From contig NC_058383.1 in NCBI RefSeq assembly GCF_018350175.1, forward strand, positions 16,184,001 to 16,248,000: a DNA stretch of 64,000 nucleotides, written 5' to 3'. Made by a program: the position numbers and the translations under genes. This document shows, piece by piece, positions 36,421 through 50,110 of the stretch (position 1 is the stretch's first letter; the number at the start of each line of letters is the position of its first letter). Source of the DNA: Felis catus (taxonomy: Eukaryota). Below the pieces are notes generated by a model, which saw nothing but the letters and a program-made list of their open reading frames with translations, was not told the DNA's origin and made no database searches.

Positions 36421-37872
36421 TACCTATAATTTATTTATTTTATAACTCGATGTTTGTACCTTTTGGCCACCTCCACCTATTTCACCCTTCCCCTGCTCCT
36501 AAAGCATTTAGTTTTAATTGATTTGCAAATCATTAAAAAATTAATAAATGTTTTTAAACTAATCTCAACTACTATAAAATCAAATAAAGTAGAAAGGTAA
36601 ATTTTTCACTTCTTTTACTCTCCTTGATTAATTGCTCCCCACAATTACTATTGACATACACAGAGTTTTTCTTCTTTCAGAAATGACAATCAAACAATAT
36701 ATATTGTTCTGCAACCTGCTTCATTCACAGGACATATCATAGACCTATTTCCATGCTGTGACTTATTTTGAATGTTGTTTTTAATGTTGACATTAAATTG
36801 TATTTTCTTTATATTATTTTAAAACATTTATATATTTTTATGTATCAGTATTTAATGTGTTGATAAAAATATTGTGTCTCATAAAATATATATATACACA
36901 CAAATATAAAAATCTGTATACTCACTGCCATTAAGTAACTCTATAATCTCTTCTCAGTCTCATTTTCTTTCCTGTATCCAGAGGTAACTACCTTCCTGAA
37001 TTTTATGTTGTCAGTTATCACTTATGATATTAAATGATACTCTCTTTTTTAAGTTTCTGTCAATGTCTGTATGTATACAGTATTGTTGTGAATATTCTTA
37101 TATATGATTCCTGCTACTTATGTGCAAGAGTTTCTTCTGAGTACATTTCTGAGGTGGAATTTCTGGGTCATAGAAAATGTGCATGTTCAATATCATATTG
37201 TTTCTAGAGTGATCCAATTTACTCTATTTTAGAAGCCTATTTTAGTAGCATTGAATTATTTTTTAAAAAGTACATGATTCTAACATAGTTAATCATCAGA
37301 CAATATATTAGCTTATAAAAATGTGATCTATAGGAAACCTCTCAGGAACACTACTAAAATTACCTGAATTGCTTTTTACTAACCAATTATAATTAAAACT
37401 TTGCAAATAATTTGCTAATGTTTTTATTATATTGCATTGTATTTGGTTCACATGTGCTATTTAACATTATTCCAGAAGAAGAACAATGAAGCATAATGTA
37501 ATGTATTTGTATAGTTATGCTTTGTCCAGCAACATTACTTCATGATTGTTACATGCACGTATCTAGGACCACCATTAGCTTCCTCTGGACTTTTTTTTTC
37601 TTTTTTTTTTTAAATGTGGTTTTTGTCTACAACACTGCCCCCTCATGACCACAAGTGTTAGTACAGGTGTGAATGTGAGGTAGATAGAGACAGATTTTAT
37701 TTATTCAGTACAAATATTTTATTTGAGATGTGTTTAATTTTAAACATCTATGAAGTATGAATAATAGCAGAAATTAATTCTACCTTTTTACATTATTGTA
37801 CTTGGGTTTCTTTTCCCCTAGAAATACTCAACTACCATTTATACTTATATACAAATACTTAGTGTTTAAAAA

Positions 37873-39286
37873 AATTTTTTTAAATTTATGTTTATTTTTG
37901 AGAGAGAGAAAGAAAGAGTGTGAGCAGGGGAGGGACAGAGAGAGAGAGGGAGACACAGAATCAGAGGCAGGCTCCAGGCTGGGAGCTGTCAGCACAGAGC
38001 CCCACGAGGGGCTCCAACTCAGGGACCTGGAGATTATGACCTGAGCCAAAGTCGGTCGCCCAACCCACTGAGCCACCCAGGCACCCCCCCTTTTTTTTTA
38101 ATTTTTTAAAAACATATTTATTTTTGAGAGAGAGAACAAATATTTGGTGTTCAACATCTTGTTTCTTTTATTATACTTATTTCTAAATTACATACTACAA
38201 AATATAAACAGGTTCTTGACTAGATCGTTCTTTTAGGCCCCCTTATTTTGCCCTCCCTCATTAATTGTATCATTTTTTTTACCTCATATTTCAACATTTA
38301 TTTATTTTTGAGAGGCAGAGAGAGACAGCACAAGTGGGGTTGGGTCAGAGAGAGAATGAGACACAGAATCTGAAGCAGGCTCCGGGCTCTAGGCTGTCAG
38401 CACAGAGCCCCACGCGAACCCACAAACCGTGAGATCATGACCTCAGCCGAAGTCCGATGCTTAACCGACTGAGCCACCCAGGCGCCCCATTTTTTACCTC
38501 ATATTTCAAAACATCAAAATTCCTTCTCCCCATCCTTCATCAGAACCATCTTTGGCAGATCTGGGAGAAATTAAACCAGGTGTGCCCCAAACCTGTTTTG
38601 GCACAATGTTTCTTACAAATGAAAGCTGAAAATACTGAACTTCAGGGGCACAACTGAGCAAAGAGCAGCAGCACTCTTGCTTCTGGATAGAATTGTGTTG
38701 AGAGGTTCTGTAGCAGCCGGCAGAGAAGCCGTGACCAAGTGTCCCACTCCAGCAATATCGCCCCCTCTGCCTGAGTGACCCCTTGGAAGGAGTCTGCAGA
38801 ACTGTCGGCATCTGAGGTTTCAGGCTGTGTTTGTTCTAAGGTGGGACCTCACTGCCCAGCTCCCGCGGGTTGAGCCAAAGGTTAATGTTTGGAGGTGCTC
38901 ACCCCTTATTTATTGTAGTCAACTTAAAAGTAGCTCGGCAAGTGACTCCTAGAAGAAAATAAGATGACAAGGAAAAAAGAATGTAAAGACTCATTTTGTT
39001 ACGATTTTTTATATTTTAGTTGCGAATATAAGTAGTTTTGCTTTTGATAATACACGTTTTTGGTTTAAAAAAATTTTTTTTTATGTTTATTCATTTTTGA
39101 AAGACAGAGAGAGAGAGAGCACAAGCAGGGGTGGGGCGGAGAGAGGGGGGGACACAGAATCTGAAGCAGGCTCCAGGCTCTGAGCTGTCAGCACAGAGCG
39201 GGACTCGGTGTTCGAACTCACGAACCGCGAGATCATGACCTGAGCTGAAGTCGGATGCTCAACCGACTGAGCCCCCCAGGCACCCC
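37873..39286 (-). mobile_element. Three separate Can-SINEs (37873-38089, 38297-38488, 39073-39286) with unique DNA between them
   Basis: Canonical bodies; the 38297 copy is flanked by repeated TTTTACCTCATATTTCAA. Confidence 0.82.
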
Positions 39287-39429
39287 GGTAATACCTGTTT
39301 TTTAATTGAAATATAGTTGACTTATAATACGAATATAAGTCGTTACCGAAATTCTCTTGAGACCTACATTGCTACAAGAGCATAAGGTCAAACGCGGATT
39401 CAAAAAAGGTCCCGAAGGAGATTTCATTA

Positions 39430-39990
39430 ATTGCAAAATTAGCGCAGAGGTCCCCGGCTCTCTCACAACCCTCCTCCCAAGCGCCGGCGGCGCGGAGGGC
39501 CCCGAAGGTAGCCTCTTGCCCCTCCCGCGCAAAGTGGAGGTGGCGAGGCTCGCGGCTCTGCGGGAAAACGTCCACCTCGCGCTGCAAGTCTAGGGCCGCA
39601 GGCGCTGAGCCCCCGCAGGGAGGAGGGGCGGGCTCAGGGAGCCCCTCCCAGGGGGCGGGGCCAAGGGTTTCTCCCCAGCACCGCTGTGCAGAGTCTGAAT
39701 CTCCAGGGTCTCCAGTTTAGAAAAGCCTATGCAAAGCCTAGCAGAAGCCAAGGTGCTTATCAGCAGATCTTTTATGATTGTTTGGTAAAAGCTCTGCGGG
39801 TCTGCACAGGTCGCCTCCCTCGGAGCTCGGCGACTGAACGTCGGAGCCGGCCCTCGGCCCCCCTGCAGTCGGAAGGTTACAGCAGCGGGAGCCAGAGAGG
39901 CGGTGGCGGCGGCCCAGGAAGGAGCAGCAGCGCCCGGGTGAGTCTGGGCATGTGTTTTATCTCTCCGTGTGCCCAACTTTATGATTTACC
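39430..39990 (+). promoter_or_regulatory. Second CpG island; proximal PSPH promoter
   Basis: CpG-rich; GC boxes GGGGCGGG ~39625 and GGGGGCGGGGC 39651-39661; CGGAAG ~39870; strong donor at 39938. Confidence 0.8.
39716..39937 (+). other. PSPH: PSPH 5'UTR exon (first or second exon)
   Basis: Acceptor-like CTCCAG ending 39715; donor CGG/GTGAGT; similar to recalled human PSPH 5'UTR; 5' end could instead be a TSS. Confidence 0.7.
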
Positions 39991-40151
39991 CGCCTTCCTT
40001 TTCCACATCCAGGGCCTCTGATTCTACGTGTGTTTTTCTTAATCGGCGTAGGTAAAATGGTTCATGGGATTTCAAGACTTTCTTTTCCTCAATTTACTTT
40101 TGAGTAGTTTTCCCTTGTTTTATGTCACTGTTACCAAACGGCATGAATGAA

Positions 40152-40160
40152 TGATGCAAT
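40152..40160 (+). promoter_or_regulatory. C/EBP-ATF response element (CARE/AARE), candidate ATF4 site
   Basis: Exact TGATGCAAT ~215 bp downstream of the 39938 donor; PSPH is an established ATF4 target. Confidence 0.65.
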
Positions 40161-40569
40161 CCTGCATAGGAGAGTCATCAGTACAAGATTAGGAAAATCT
40201 CCGAAATTTAGTGTTGCAGTGTTTGACTTTGTCATTTTCTCTCCCATCAGAATTAGAATTTTAAGTACCTACCAGCTACGTGTTGTAAAGGTACAACTTC
40301 AAGTTGGGAATTAAATAATTCATTCATTCATTAAACTTGTTTACTATGTTTTCTTTATAAGTGACTTGCATATTGTAGTTACTCTTTAAATATTTGACCG
40401 GTATTGGAATGAGGATCGGGGAAGAAAATGATAAAATGCAGATTTCTAGATTTTATTACATCTACCTGGTAGGTTTTCAATATAATAATAGTGCTATCAC
40501 TTTCATGTTGCTGAAATAAAGTAGTCAGGACGTTTTAAGTTTTCAGATAATTTGATTCATGCCTAATAA

Positions 40570-41530
40570 TTTTTTAAAGTTAATGTTTTCTTGATATATA
40601 ATTCAATGCAATAATATGCACCCACTTTAAAGTGTACATTTTGATTAATTTTGACAATTGCATACACACTTTTAATCACCAGCACAATATAACACTTCTG
40701 TCACCCCTGAAAATTTCCTAAAACCTCTTTGCAGTCAGATCTCCCCACCCCTAGCCCTACTGACCTGATTTTTGTCATTGTAGCATTTGTTTGTATTTTC
40801 TAGTGTTTTGTATAAATGGAATTATGTTCTTTTGTGTCCGGCTTCTTTTGGTATAAAAGGTTTTTTATATTTATCCCCATTTTTGGCATGCAGCACTAAT
40901 TCCTTCCTTTTTGTTGCTGAGTAGCATTCCATCGTAAGGATATACCACAACTTATTCATCCACTTATCTGTTGATGGACACTCTAGTTTGGGGCTTTCAC
41001 GAATAAAGCGCTCTTTGATTGCTCTTGGATAAATCTCCAGGGTGGGATTGCTGAGTCTTATGGTAGGTATGTGTTTATTTTAAGAAACTTGCAAAATGTT
41101 TTCCAAAATGGTCGTATCATTTTCTATCCCTGCCAGCAGTGTATTAGAGAGTTCAGTTTTTCCAGGTCCTCACCAATACTTGGTGTGTGCAGTCTTTTTT
41201 GTTTTAGTCATTTGCCTTTTGAGTTTATCTGCATACCTTCTTTTTTGGAATGTCTATTCAAATATTTTGTTCATATTTTATTATAAGTTGTTCGTGTTAT
41301 TACTGTGTTGTAAGAGTTCTTTATTCTGGATACAAGTGCTTTGTCAAATATGTGTACTGTAAACATTTTCTCCCATTCTGTGGCTTGCCTTTTCCTTTTC
41401 TTTCTTTTTTTTTTTTTTCTATCATGAAGAAGCTTTTGAAGAGCTTTAATCTTGATGAAGTTCATTCTATCACGTTTTCCTTTCATTATTCATGTTTTTG
41501 GGGCGTTAAGAAAGTTTTGCCTACCTCAAA
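40570..41530 (-). mobile_element. Old L1 3' end
   Basis: Minus fragment KRQATEWEKMFTVHIFDKALVSRI; typical L1M 3'UTR motifs. Confidence 0.78.
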
Positions 41531-41535
41531 GCTGT

Positions 41536-41930
41536 TGTGTTAGCTATGTATTGCTGTATAACAAATTACCCCCAAACTTGGGAGCTTAAAACAACAAATA
41601 TTTATTTTCTCAGTTTCTGGGGGTTAAAATTCTGGGAGCAGCTTAGCTGGGTGGTTCTGGTTTAGGATTTTTTAAGCGGTCACAGTTGGCCAAGGTGAAC
41701 TCACCTAATGTTGTATTGGAGAAGATCTGCTTCCTAGCCCGCTCACATAGTTGTTGGCAGGATTCAGTTCCTGAGGGTTGTCGGACTGAGGGCCTCAGTT
41801 CCTTTCTGGCTGTTTGCTGGGGGCCCCTTAAGTTCTGCCACACAGGCCTCACCATAGGCCACCACCAATGTGGCAGCTGTCTTTTCTTAGAGTAAGGGAG
41901 AGGCTGGGGCATGATGGAAGCCACATTCCT
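41536..41930 (-). mobile_element. MLT1 (MaLR) LTR fragment
   Basis: ATTGCTGTATAACAAATTACCCCCAAACTT...GCTTAAAACAACAAATATTTATT. Confidence 0.72.
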
Positions 41931-42786
41931 TTTTGTTTTTGAAATTAACTAAAAAACTTGGATGAGAGAAAGGGAACACAACCTTTTTTGAGTTCAGTAA
42001 GGACTGTATTTTGAGCCTTCCCTTTCAATCTCTTTGCTTTTTCTTGACTCATCTTATTTCTTTTATCTTTTTTTTCTTCTGAGATTTAGCATTGTTGTCT
42101 ACTTTTTAAAAATTGATGAGGTTATTTTTTTAATGTTTATTTATTTTGAGAGAGAGTGTGTGCAAGCGTGTGTGCATGAGAATGGGGGAGGGGCAGAGAG
42201 AGAGAGACAGTGCAGAACCTGACTCGGGGGCTCCATCCTACAAACTGAGATCATGACCAGAGCCAAAATCGAGAGTCGGATGCTCAACCGAGATACTTCT
42301 ATTTACAGTTTTGATTATGAGGATTTTAATTCAAAATTGTTGACTTCGTTCCCTTGTTATTGGGCAGCCAGACTTTTCTGTGACTGTTCTTGGAATATTG
42401 GAGACTTTGTCTCTTCGTTTTGAAGACAGCTGGGTCTGTTTTGTAGTCTGTTAATGTACCTAAGTCAGCTTCCCTGTGTTTGCATTTTGTTCTCTCAATA
42501 GATCCTCTTTTCTTCCCTTGCCTCTGTGTTCTGCTGATCTGGTGTAGGTGATTTCCTGTCAGACCTGAAGCTTTTGCAGAATCAAAGCCACAGAAAAGTG
42601 TGTGTACTCCTCTGCAGTCCTGAAAGGAGGCAGAAGTCCAGCGTCTTGCAAGGGAAGCAGTCTTAGGGAACTTTGCATCTGACCCGTCTTTGTACCAGTC
42701 CTACCAGCTGGGAGAGTGAAGCTAGACAGTTTCTTCTTCTCTTGAGTCTGAACCTTGATGTTCATTTCCTTCTTCTTTCTTTCTAG

Positions 42787-42917
42787 GCTCTTGCTCTTGC
42801 AGAACTCCCAAGATCTCATAAAGAAATTTGTAGTCAGAACTTTATGCTGCATTTTTATTCAGGAAAGAAGCAGGAAGAGAAGAGTGTCATTTCCTAGGAA
42901 TCCAGCACTGGAGAAAC
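42787..42917 (+). other. PSPH: PSPH 5'UTR exon
   Basis: Long polypyrimidine tract + TAG acceptor; AAC/GTGAGT donor; 131 nt; similar to recalled human PSPH 5'UTR. Confidence 0.85.
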
Positions 42918-45379
42918 GTGAGTCTGATTTGTTTTTTGTTGCTGTTAATTTGTTTATCAGTGATCGGTTTCCTCTTCACCGGAATAAAATTGTGCACTGT
43001 AATGTATGTGGGGTGCATAAAATCTCAGGTTCCCCAGTACAGCAGTTCCTTTTTTTTTTTTTTAATCATAAATGCATTCGCCAGGAACCCTAGGCTTAGT
43101 TACTGGAGGATCTTTGACTCTTCACTGATCCAGAAGCTTCTCAGGATCCATTGGTGCATTGTTGCAGTGCCCAGAGGGCCTGAAACAGACTCACCCCTCC
43201 TACCAAAAGTGACATCCATTTAAGCCTAGTAAGTTTTGTTCTCTTGGATGTGCTTGACCTCCGTAACCTCTGTACCAACTTGTATTTGTTCTTACACAAG
43301 TGAAGGTAAGAGGTCAATCCTAACAAAAGAGTAAGTTGGTGAAGGTGATCTTGGGTGCCTCTCATGGGATACATAGATGGAGAAGTTCAAACAGAGTTTT
43401 TGTGGAGAGGTTTTCCCCTCTTATCCAAAATCAGAGCTCCTAAGTCTGGCCCTGAAGGAAAATATACTTTTGTACTTTTGGAGCTGGGGGTGAGAAGGGG
43501 TTGTCAGCAGAGGCTTCTTTACCATTGGCCCCATGTTTCCCCAAGATGGACCAGCTTGGGGTCAGGCGGACAGGAGACCTGTTCTGACCCGCAGAAGGGC
43601 AGTGGTTCATTGCTCAGGACTGGGCCTGGGAGCTGCCATGTCAAAGCACATACCCTTCTGCTAGGATTTCTTCCACCTCCAGCCCTGTTCCCCTCCCCAC
43701 AAAGGCCAGATGTGAGGGATCCAGAGTTCATTCTCTAGCAATGATTTTTTTGTGTGTAAAATTCTAATGTACACAATTTACTTTGAAGCACCTGAACTTA
43801 GCAGATTTTTCCTCCCTCTAGCTATGAGAAATTTGAATAAGTGTGAATTGTGAGCCACTCCTGGTGGAGACCATGAAAAAACAGGCAGCCAGAAGTGAAC
43901 AAGGAGGCAGGGCATTTTACAGTGCTGGCCATTTGTTCTAAGGTCTAAGTAGGGAGCCAAATCTGTGTAATCCTAGGGGTTGGAGGGCATATCCCCTGAC
44001 ATGAGCTTTCTGTGGGGCAAAGTTAAGGTTATATAATCCGGCTGTGTCTTCTAGGGAGGGCGTGGAGAAAGAATCAGCCTTCCAAGTAAATTCAATGTGA
44101 CTTTTGTCTCAAACATCCTATTTTCTTTGTCTTTGGTACACAGTACAATCCAGGAAGCAGTTTTCGGCACTTCTTTCTGAGTCATAAGTCAGGACTAGTG
44201 TTCATCTGGGGATATGGAAATCAGTCCTTACTTTATTTGAGGAAATGTGTGTTTCCTTTCATATCTGAGGCTGATGGTCTGGCTGAAGCTATTGCTATTA
44301 TCAGTGGTCAAGAAGAGGCTCAAGTCACTGACTTTTCAAACACGAACAATAATGATTTGTTTGATCATCTCAGTGAGACTGGTAGCCTCTTGAACATGGT
44401 GCCCATTGTGTGCTTCTCAGGTCATAGGCTTAGGCACAGGGTGGCAGTGTGGACTGGCTTTGGTCGTACAGGTTTTGAGGCTTCAGGAGCCGGTCAGTCA
44501 TTCTCAGGAGTATTGCCTGTTCTTAGTGACATTGTACTACCTCATGCACAGTCTTAAAAGGTTCTTTGGCCTGTCCCATTTATCTCCTTTTAGCTCCTCT
44601 TATGTTATTTGTCTGTTCCTTGCTTTCCCTCTATTTGCATGTGATTGGTTCTCTTATGCTCGGTGGGATTGCATTGCATTAACTACCACTCCTCTGCTGA
44701 TAGACTTCTGTCTTCTAGGCTTGTATAATGAGCCTGCCTAGCCATGTGATATGAATTGCATCGATTCCCTCTGGACCAGAGCCAAATGAGTGGTTACTGA
44801 GCCACAGAGAGAGTGGGATATGAAGCTCCTTGATGTTCCCGGGTTGGTGGAAATTTGATGATTTATGAAACCTGTTTCTATCTACTGGCCTCCCAAAGAA
44901 TGTGCAGACTTTCTTCTTTCACTGTTAATGAATCATTACCCATTGTGTTGTCCAGCTAGCAGAACTTTGGTCTGAATTCTTGATGAAAATCTCTGACATT
45001 TCCTGAATCCACATAGGTTCTTATCAAATGTTTAACCTTATTTAGTTCTGCTTAATTTATCCACCTCTTATTTATTCACCATCTTTTATGTTGTTTTGTG
45101 CATTTGAGATCCAAGTTTTAGTTTTTTTAGCCATCACTTGGGAGCTGTGTGACCTTGGGTAAAGCATTTAAGTATCTTATACCTCTAGTTGTTAATTTGT
45201 GAAATGGACACATTAATATCGTTCTTGGAGAAAGGCATGGGATCTGACCCAGATGATGGCTTTGAGGTTTCTTCCAGCTTCAGAATATACGATGTCCATT
45301 CTGTTCTATTGGTTAGAGTATAGTCATCATTGCTGGTTAAGGATTTTGATTTGATTTGATTTGATTTGATTTTTATAAA

Positions 45380-46040
45380 GTTTTTATTTAAGAGAGTGAG
45401 AATGGGGGAGGGGCACAGGGAGAGGGAGAAAGAGAGAATCCCAAGCAGGCTCCGTATTGTCAGCACAGAACCCAATGCGGGGCTCAAATTCATGAACTTG
45501 GAGATTATGACCTGAGCCAAAATCAAGAGCTGGACGTGGGGCACCTGGGTGGCTCAGTTGGTTAAGCGTCGGACTTCGGCTCAGCTCATGATCTTGCGGT
45601 TTGTGAGTTCGAGCCCCGCATTGGGCTCTGTGCTGACAGCTCAGAGCCTGGAGCCTGCTTTGGATTCTGTGTCCCCCTCTTTCTCTGCCCCATCCCTGCT
45701 TGTGCTCTGTCTCTGTCTCTCAATAATAAGAGACAAACGTTTAAAAAAATTATAAAAAAAAAAAAAAGCTGGATGCTCAACTAACTGAGCTACCCAGGTG
45801 CCCCTAATTTAATTTTTTTAAGTTTATTTATTTACTTTGAGAGAGAGAGAGAGAGAGATTGAGCAAGCATGAGCAGGGGAGAAGCAGAGAGAGAGAGAGA
45901 GAAAGGAGAAAGAGAATCCCAAGCAAGCTCTGTGTTGTCAGTGCAGAATATGACTTAGGGCTAGATCTCACGAACCATGGATCATGATCTGAGCCAAAAT
46001 CAAGAGTCAGACACATAACTGACAGAGACACCCAGTCACC
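45380..46040. mobile_element. Nested Can-SINEs: a + copy (45537-45767) inserted in a - copy, plus a further - copy
   Basis: Host SINE split at AGCTGGACG/AGCTGGATG duplication; (TTTGA)n at 45345-45370. Confidence 0.85.
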
Positions 46041-46875
46041 TCAAGGATTTTAATTTTAGGCTGATAGCACTCTAAGTTGGGATAGTTTTATTGAGGATAA
46101 TAATCTGCTCAATTCTTGCTGAGTACTCAATAACTTCTTAGATTCAACTCTATTTAATTCATGAAATATTTATTTTGCACCTGGTGGGTCCAGGAAACAG
46201 AGATGAAAGATAATTCAGTCAAGGTCCTTACCCTGAAGGAACTCCCATCCTAGGAGAGAAATGGGAGTGACTAATTAATTCTCTGAAGGAATAGGAAGGA
46301 GATAGTATAGTATAGGGAAGGTTATTTAATCTGCATCTTGAATAATAAATAGGAATTTGCCCACTGGACATGAGGATTTAGGTGATTTCAGACAGAGGGA
46401 TTGGCATTTGCAAAGGCATAGAGGTTTAAAAAACTGACATTTAAGGAACAAGACATCTTCTGTATACCTTGAGCATAAGTTGTGTGTATATGTTTGTGTG
46501 TGTGTGCGCGTGTGCGTATTTCTTGGGAGAGAAAAGCAATGGGGGATAGATTGGTGAAATAAATAGGATACAAATCATGAAGGGCATAAATTAATTGAAT
46601 AAGAGAGACATTAGGTTAATTTATATGCTAATTATGGGGACTGGATTAGGAAGGGCATCATTAGGTCTGATATGATTAAGTCTTAACTTGATTTGATTCT
46701 AGATTCCTCAGAAGACAAACCTGGGTACAGTCAGGTACAGTAGTATACTTAAAATTAAAATGTAATAGCCATGTTAAAAAAAAGTCTTTACCTTTTAGAA
46801 ATATACACTGAAATATTTTGGATGAAATGATATGATGTGCTTTGAGATAACGAGGGAAGGTGGAAGTGTTTGGGC

Positions 46876-47530
46876 GTGATATTATGATTTATAATAAGAA
46901 ACATATTTGCTCTTGTCCTCATCTCTGGCTCCCAGCTCTTAAAACCCTTGGAATTTCCTGTGATGAGAGTGATAAAGGTGTGTCTTCTTATGTTAGTGAG
47001 GTGACTTTTAGTCTGGTGTTTCTTCCTATGTTAATGAGGTGAATTTTGGACCTCACCTAAGGATGGGGCTGTTTGCCATCAGAGCCAACCTTGGTGACTG
47101 GAGAGTTGGAACTTTGAGTCCCACCCTCCTGACCTCCAAGGAGGGGAGAAAGGCTGGTGATCTAGCTCAGTCATCAATGGCCAATGATTTAATCAGTCAT
47201 GACTTCACAACAAATAAAAACACAAAGGATGGAGTTTTGAAAGCTTCTGGGTTGGGTTGGTGAACACATGGAGATGCAGGGAGAATGGGATGTTCAGAAA
47301 GGGCATGGAAGCTGTGTGCTTCTTCCCACAAACCCTGTCCTGTGCATTGCTTCCATCTGAGTTCTACCCTTTTATAATACACTGGTGATCTAGTAAATAA
47401 AATATTTCTCTGAGTTCTCTGAGCCACTGTAGCAAATTAATCAAACCCAAAGAGGGGATTGTTGGAACCTCCAGTGTGTAGCAGTTGGTCAGAAGCATGG
47501 GTGACAACCTGTACTTGGCATTGGGGTCTT

Positions 47531-47572
<42 letters not shown>

Positions 47573-47745
47573 TGGGGAAGGTTCAGTTTTATGGGACTGA
47601 ACCTATGGGATTTGATGCTATCTGTGGGATAGATAAAGTCAGAATAGAGTTGAATTATAGGAGACACCATGCTGGTGTCTAAGAATTGCTTCAATGTGTG
47701 GGAACGCACCCATGTTGGAATTGGGGTACAGAACCCTTGTTAGTG
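46876..47745 (+). mobile_element. MER21-like LTR containing a (GT)n microsatellite at 47533-47570
   Basis: GTGATATTATGATTTATAATAAG...CAGCTCTTAAAACCCTTGGAATTTCCTG. Confidence 0.68.
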
Positions 47746-48169
47746 GGGTTGTTGATGAGGCATGATTTGCTATGATTGTTGAGGCAGGATGATGCATACA
47801 TGGAATTCATGTATTCATTTTCTCTATTTTTGTATGTATTTGACATCCTGCACAATAAAAAGTTAAATCGTTGAGGGTATGTAATTCACAATTATATCAT
47901 TTCATTTATTTATTCAACCTTCAGAAATTAATTGAGCATCTACTCAAAAGAGGCCTAAATTGGGGTCTTAGAAAATTTTCGATCTTAGTATAAAGAGCTT
48001 GCAATCCAGGAGTGGAGGTGACAGGCACATAAGTAAGTCTAAGATAAGTAGGAATATTATGAATTTCATATATTGAAAACAGGTCTACATTAAGTACTGT
48101 GGAAATTCTGGAGAGAAATCTTTTCCAGCCCGGAGGAATCTGGGAAGACCCTATAGTGAAGATGGCATT

Positions 48170-50110
48170 GAGCTTTATTTCTTCACTTAATTCAACAAAT
48201 ATTATTAAGCCCTACTATAGGTACTGTAGGTACTGTTCTCAGTCCTAAGGATCCAGTAGTGAACAAAGCTGATAAAGAGCCTATTCTTATGAAATTTACA
48301 TAATAATGAGGACAGATAGACAATACATAATAAACATAATAAATACATTTTTTACAGTTTATTTTGAGAGAGAGAAAGAGAGAGAGAAGTGGGGGAGGGG
48401 CAGAGAGTGGGGGGACAGAGGATATGAAGTGGGCTCTGTGCTGACAGCGAAGAGCCCCTTGTGAGGCTCAAACTCATGAACTGTGAGATCATGACCTGAG
48501 CTGAAGTTGGATGCTTAACTAACTGAGCCACCCAGATGCCTCATGAGTACATTTTATCATATGTTAGAAGATGATAGATGTTACAGAAAAAAGAAAACAT
48601 AAGGCATAGTGAGGGAGATTAGTAAGGTTGGGTTAAGGATAAGGAGAGGAGGTTGCAGTGATAAACAGGTGGTCAAGGGTTGGCTCATGGAAGAAGGTGA
48701 TATTTGGGCAAATGTTTTTTTAAAAAAATTTTTTTTTAATGTTTATTCATATTTGAGAGAGAGAGAGAGAAGGAGAGTGCGAGCAGGGGAGTGGCAGAGA
48801 GAGAGTGGGACACAGAATCCAAAGAAGGCTCTAAGCTCTGAGCTGTCAGCAGAGAGCCCGATGCAGGGCTTGAACCCATAACTGTGAGATTATGATCTGA
48901 GCCAAAGTTGGATGCCTAACTGACTGAGCCACCCAGGTGCCCCCACTCTTTTTTTTTTTTTTTGTAATGTTTATTTATTTTTGAAAGAGAGACAGACAGG
49001 GACAGAGTGCGAGCAGGGGAGGGGCAGAGAGAGAGGGAGACACAGAATCTGAAGCAGGCTCCAGGCTCTAAGCGGTCAGCACAGAGCCCGATGCCGGGCT
49101 CGAACTCAGACTGTGAGATCATGACCTGAGCCAAAGTCAGACACTTAACCGACTGAGCCACCCAGGTGCCCCTGAGCAATCACTTTTTTAAAAGAGTCAT
49201 TATTTTTTACTCTTGATAAGGGACTTGGCCAAGTGGGTATCTGAGTGAAGAGCATTCCCACCAAGGGCACATCTGGAGCAAAGGCCCTGAGTGGGAAACC
49301 TGCCTAGTGTATTTCCAGAGCAGCAAGAGGACTGGTGTGGTTGGAGCAGAGTGAGCAAGGGGGAGGAGTAGGAAGTGAGGTCAGAGATGTAATGGGGGGG
49401 AGGCAGCGGTGGTGGTAGTGGTGCCAGGATGGGGGGCTGACCTTATAGGTGATTGTAAGAACTTTGGCTTTTACTGTTAATAAAATGAGGAGCCATTGAA
49501 GGAATTTGAGCTAGAAGTAAGTGTGACATAATTTGGTTTATAGCTTACAATGATTACTTTGGCTGTTATGTTAAGAACAAAAAACTGGGACGGGAGACCT
49601 TTTAGGAGGCTACTGGTGCAGTCTTGGCAAGAAATATTCGTAACCCAGGCTAGAGCAATAGCAGTGGATAGGGTGAGAAGTGGTCAGATTTTGGTTAGGC
49701 TTTCAAGGTGAAACCAACATAATTTCTTGAATGATGGGATATGGGTTTTGAGAGAAAGAAAAATGTCGAGGGTGACTGAAAAATGGAGTTGCCATCAGGG
49801 GAGAGAAGGAAGGTGCAAGAATAGCTGTTTTGGGGAGACAAGAAGATCAGGAGTTCAGTTTTAGACATGTTTACCAGACACCTGAATGAGGTCAGGAAGG
49901 TGGTTGGAGTTTGGAGTTTGGGGGAGAGGCCTGGGGTCCAGGTGTATATTTGGAAGTTACTGTCATAGAGATGACATTTAAAGCCACAAGCCCGGATGAA
50001 TTCATTGAGGGAGTGGGTGGGTTAGAGAAGACCAGGGGTGGACCATGGGTCGTTGCATCGGTAAGAGAATGGAAGAGAAGCAACCAGCAAAGGAGCCCAG
50101 TTCACAGGGG
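48170..50110. mobile_element. L2 remnant with three inserted Can-SINEs (48350-48540, 48728-48943, 48950-49173)
   Basis: TTCAACAAATATTATTAAGCCCTACTATAGG; GCAAAGGCCCTGAG; GAGTTCAGTTTTAGACATGTT. Confidence 0.7.
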
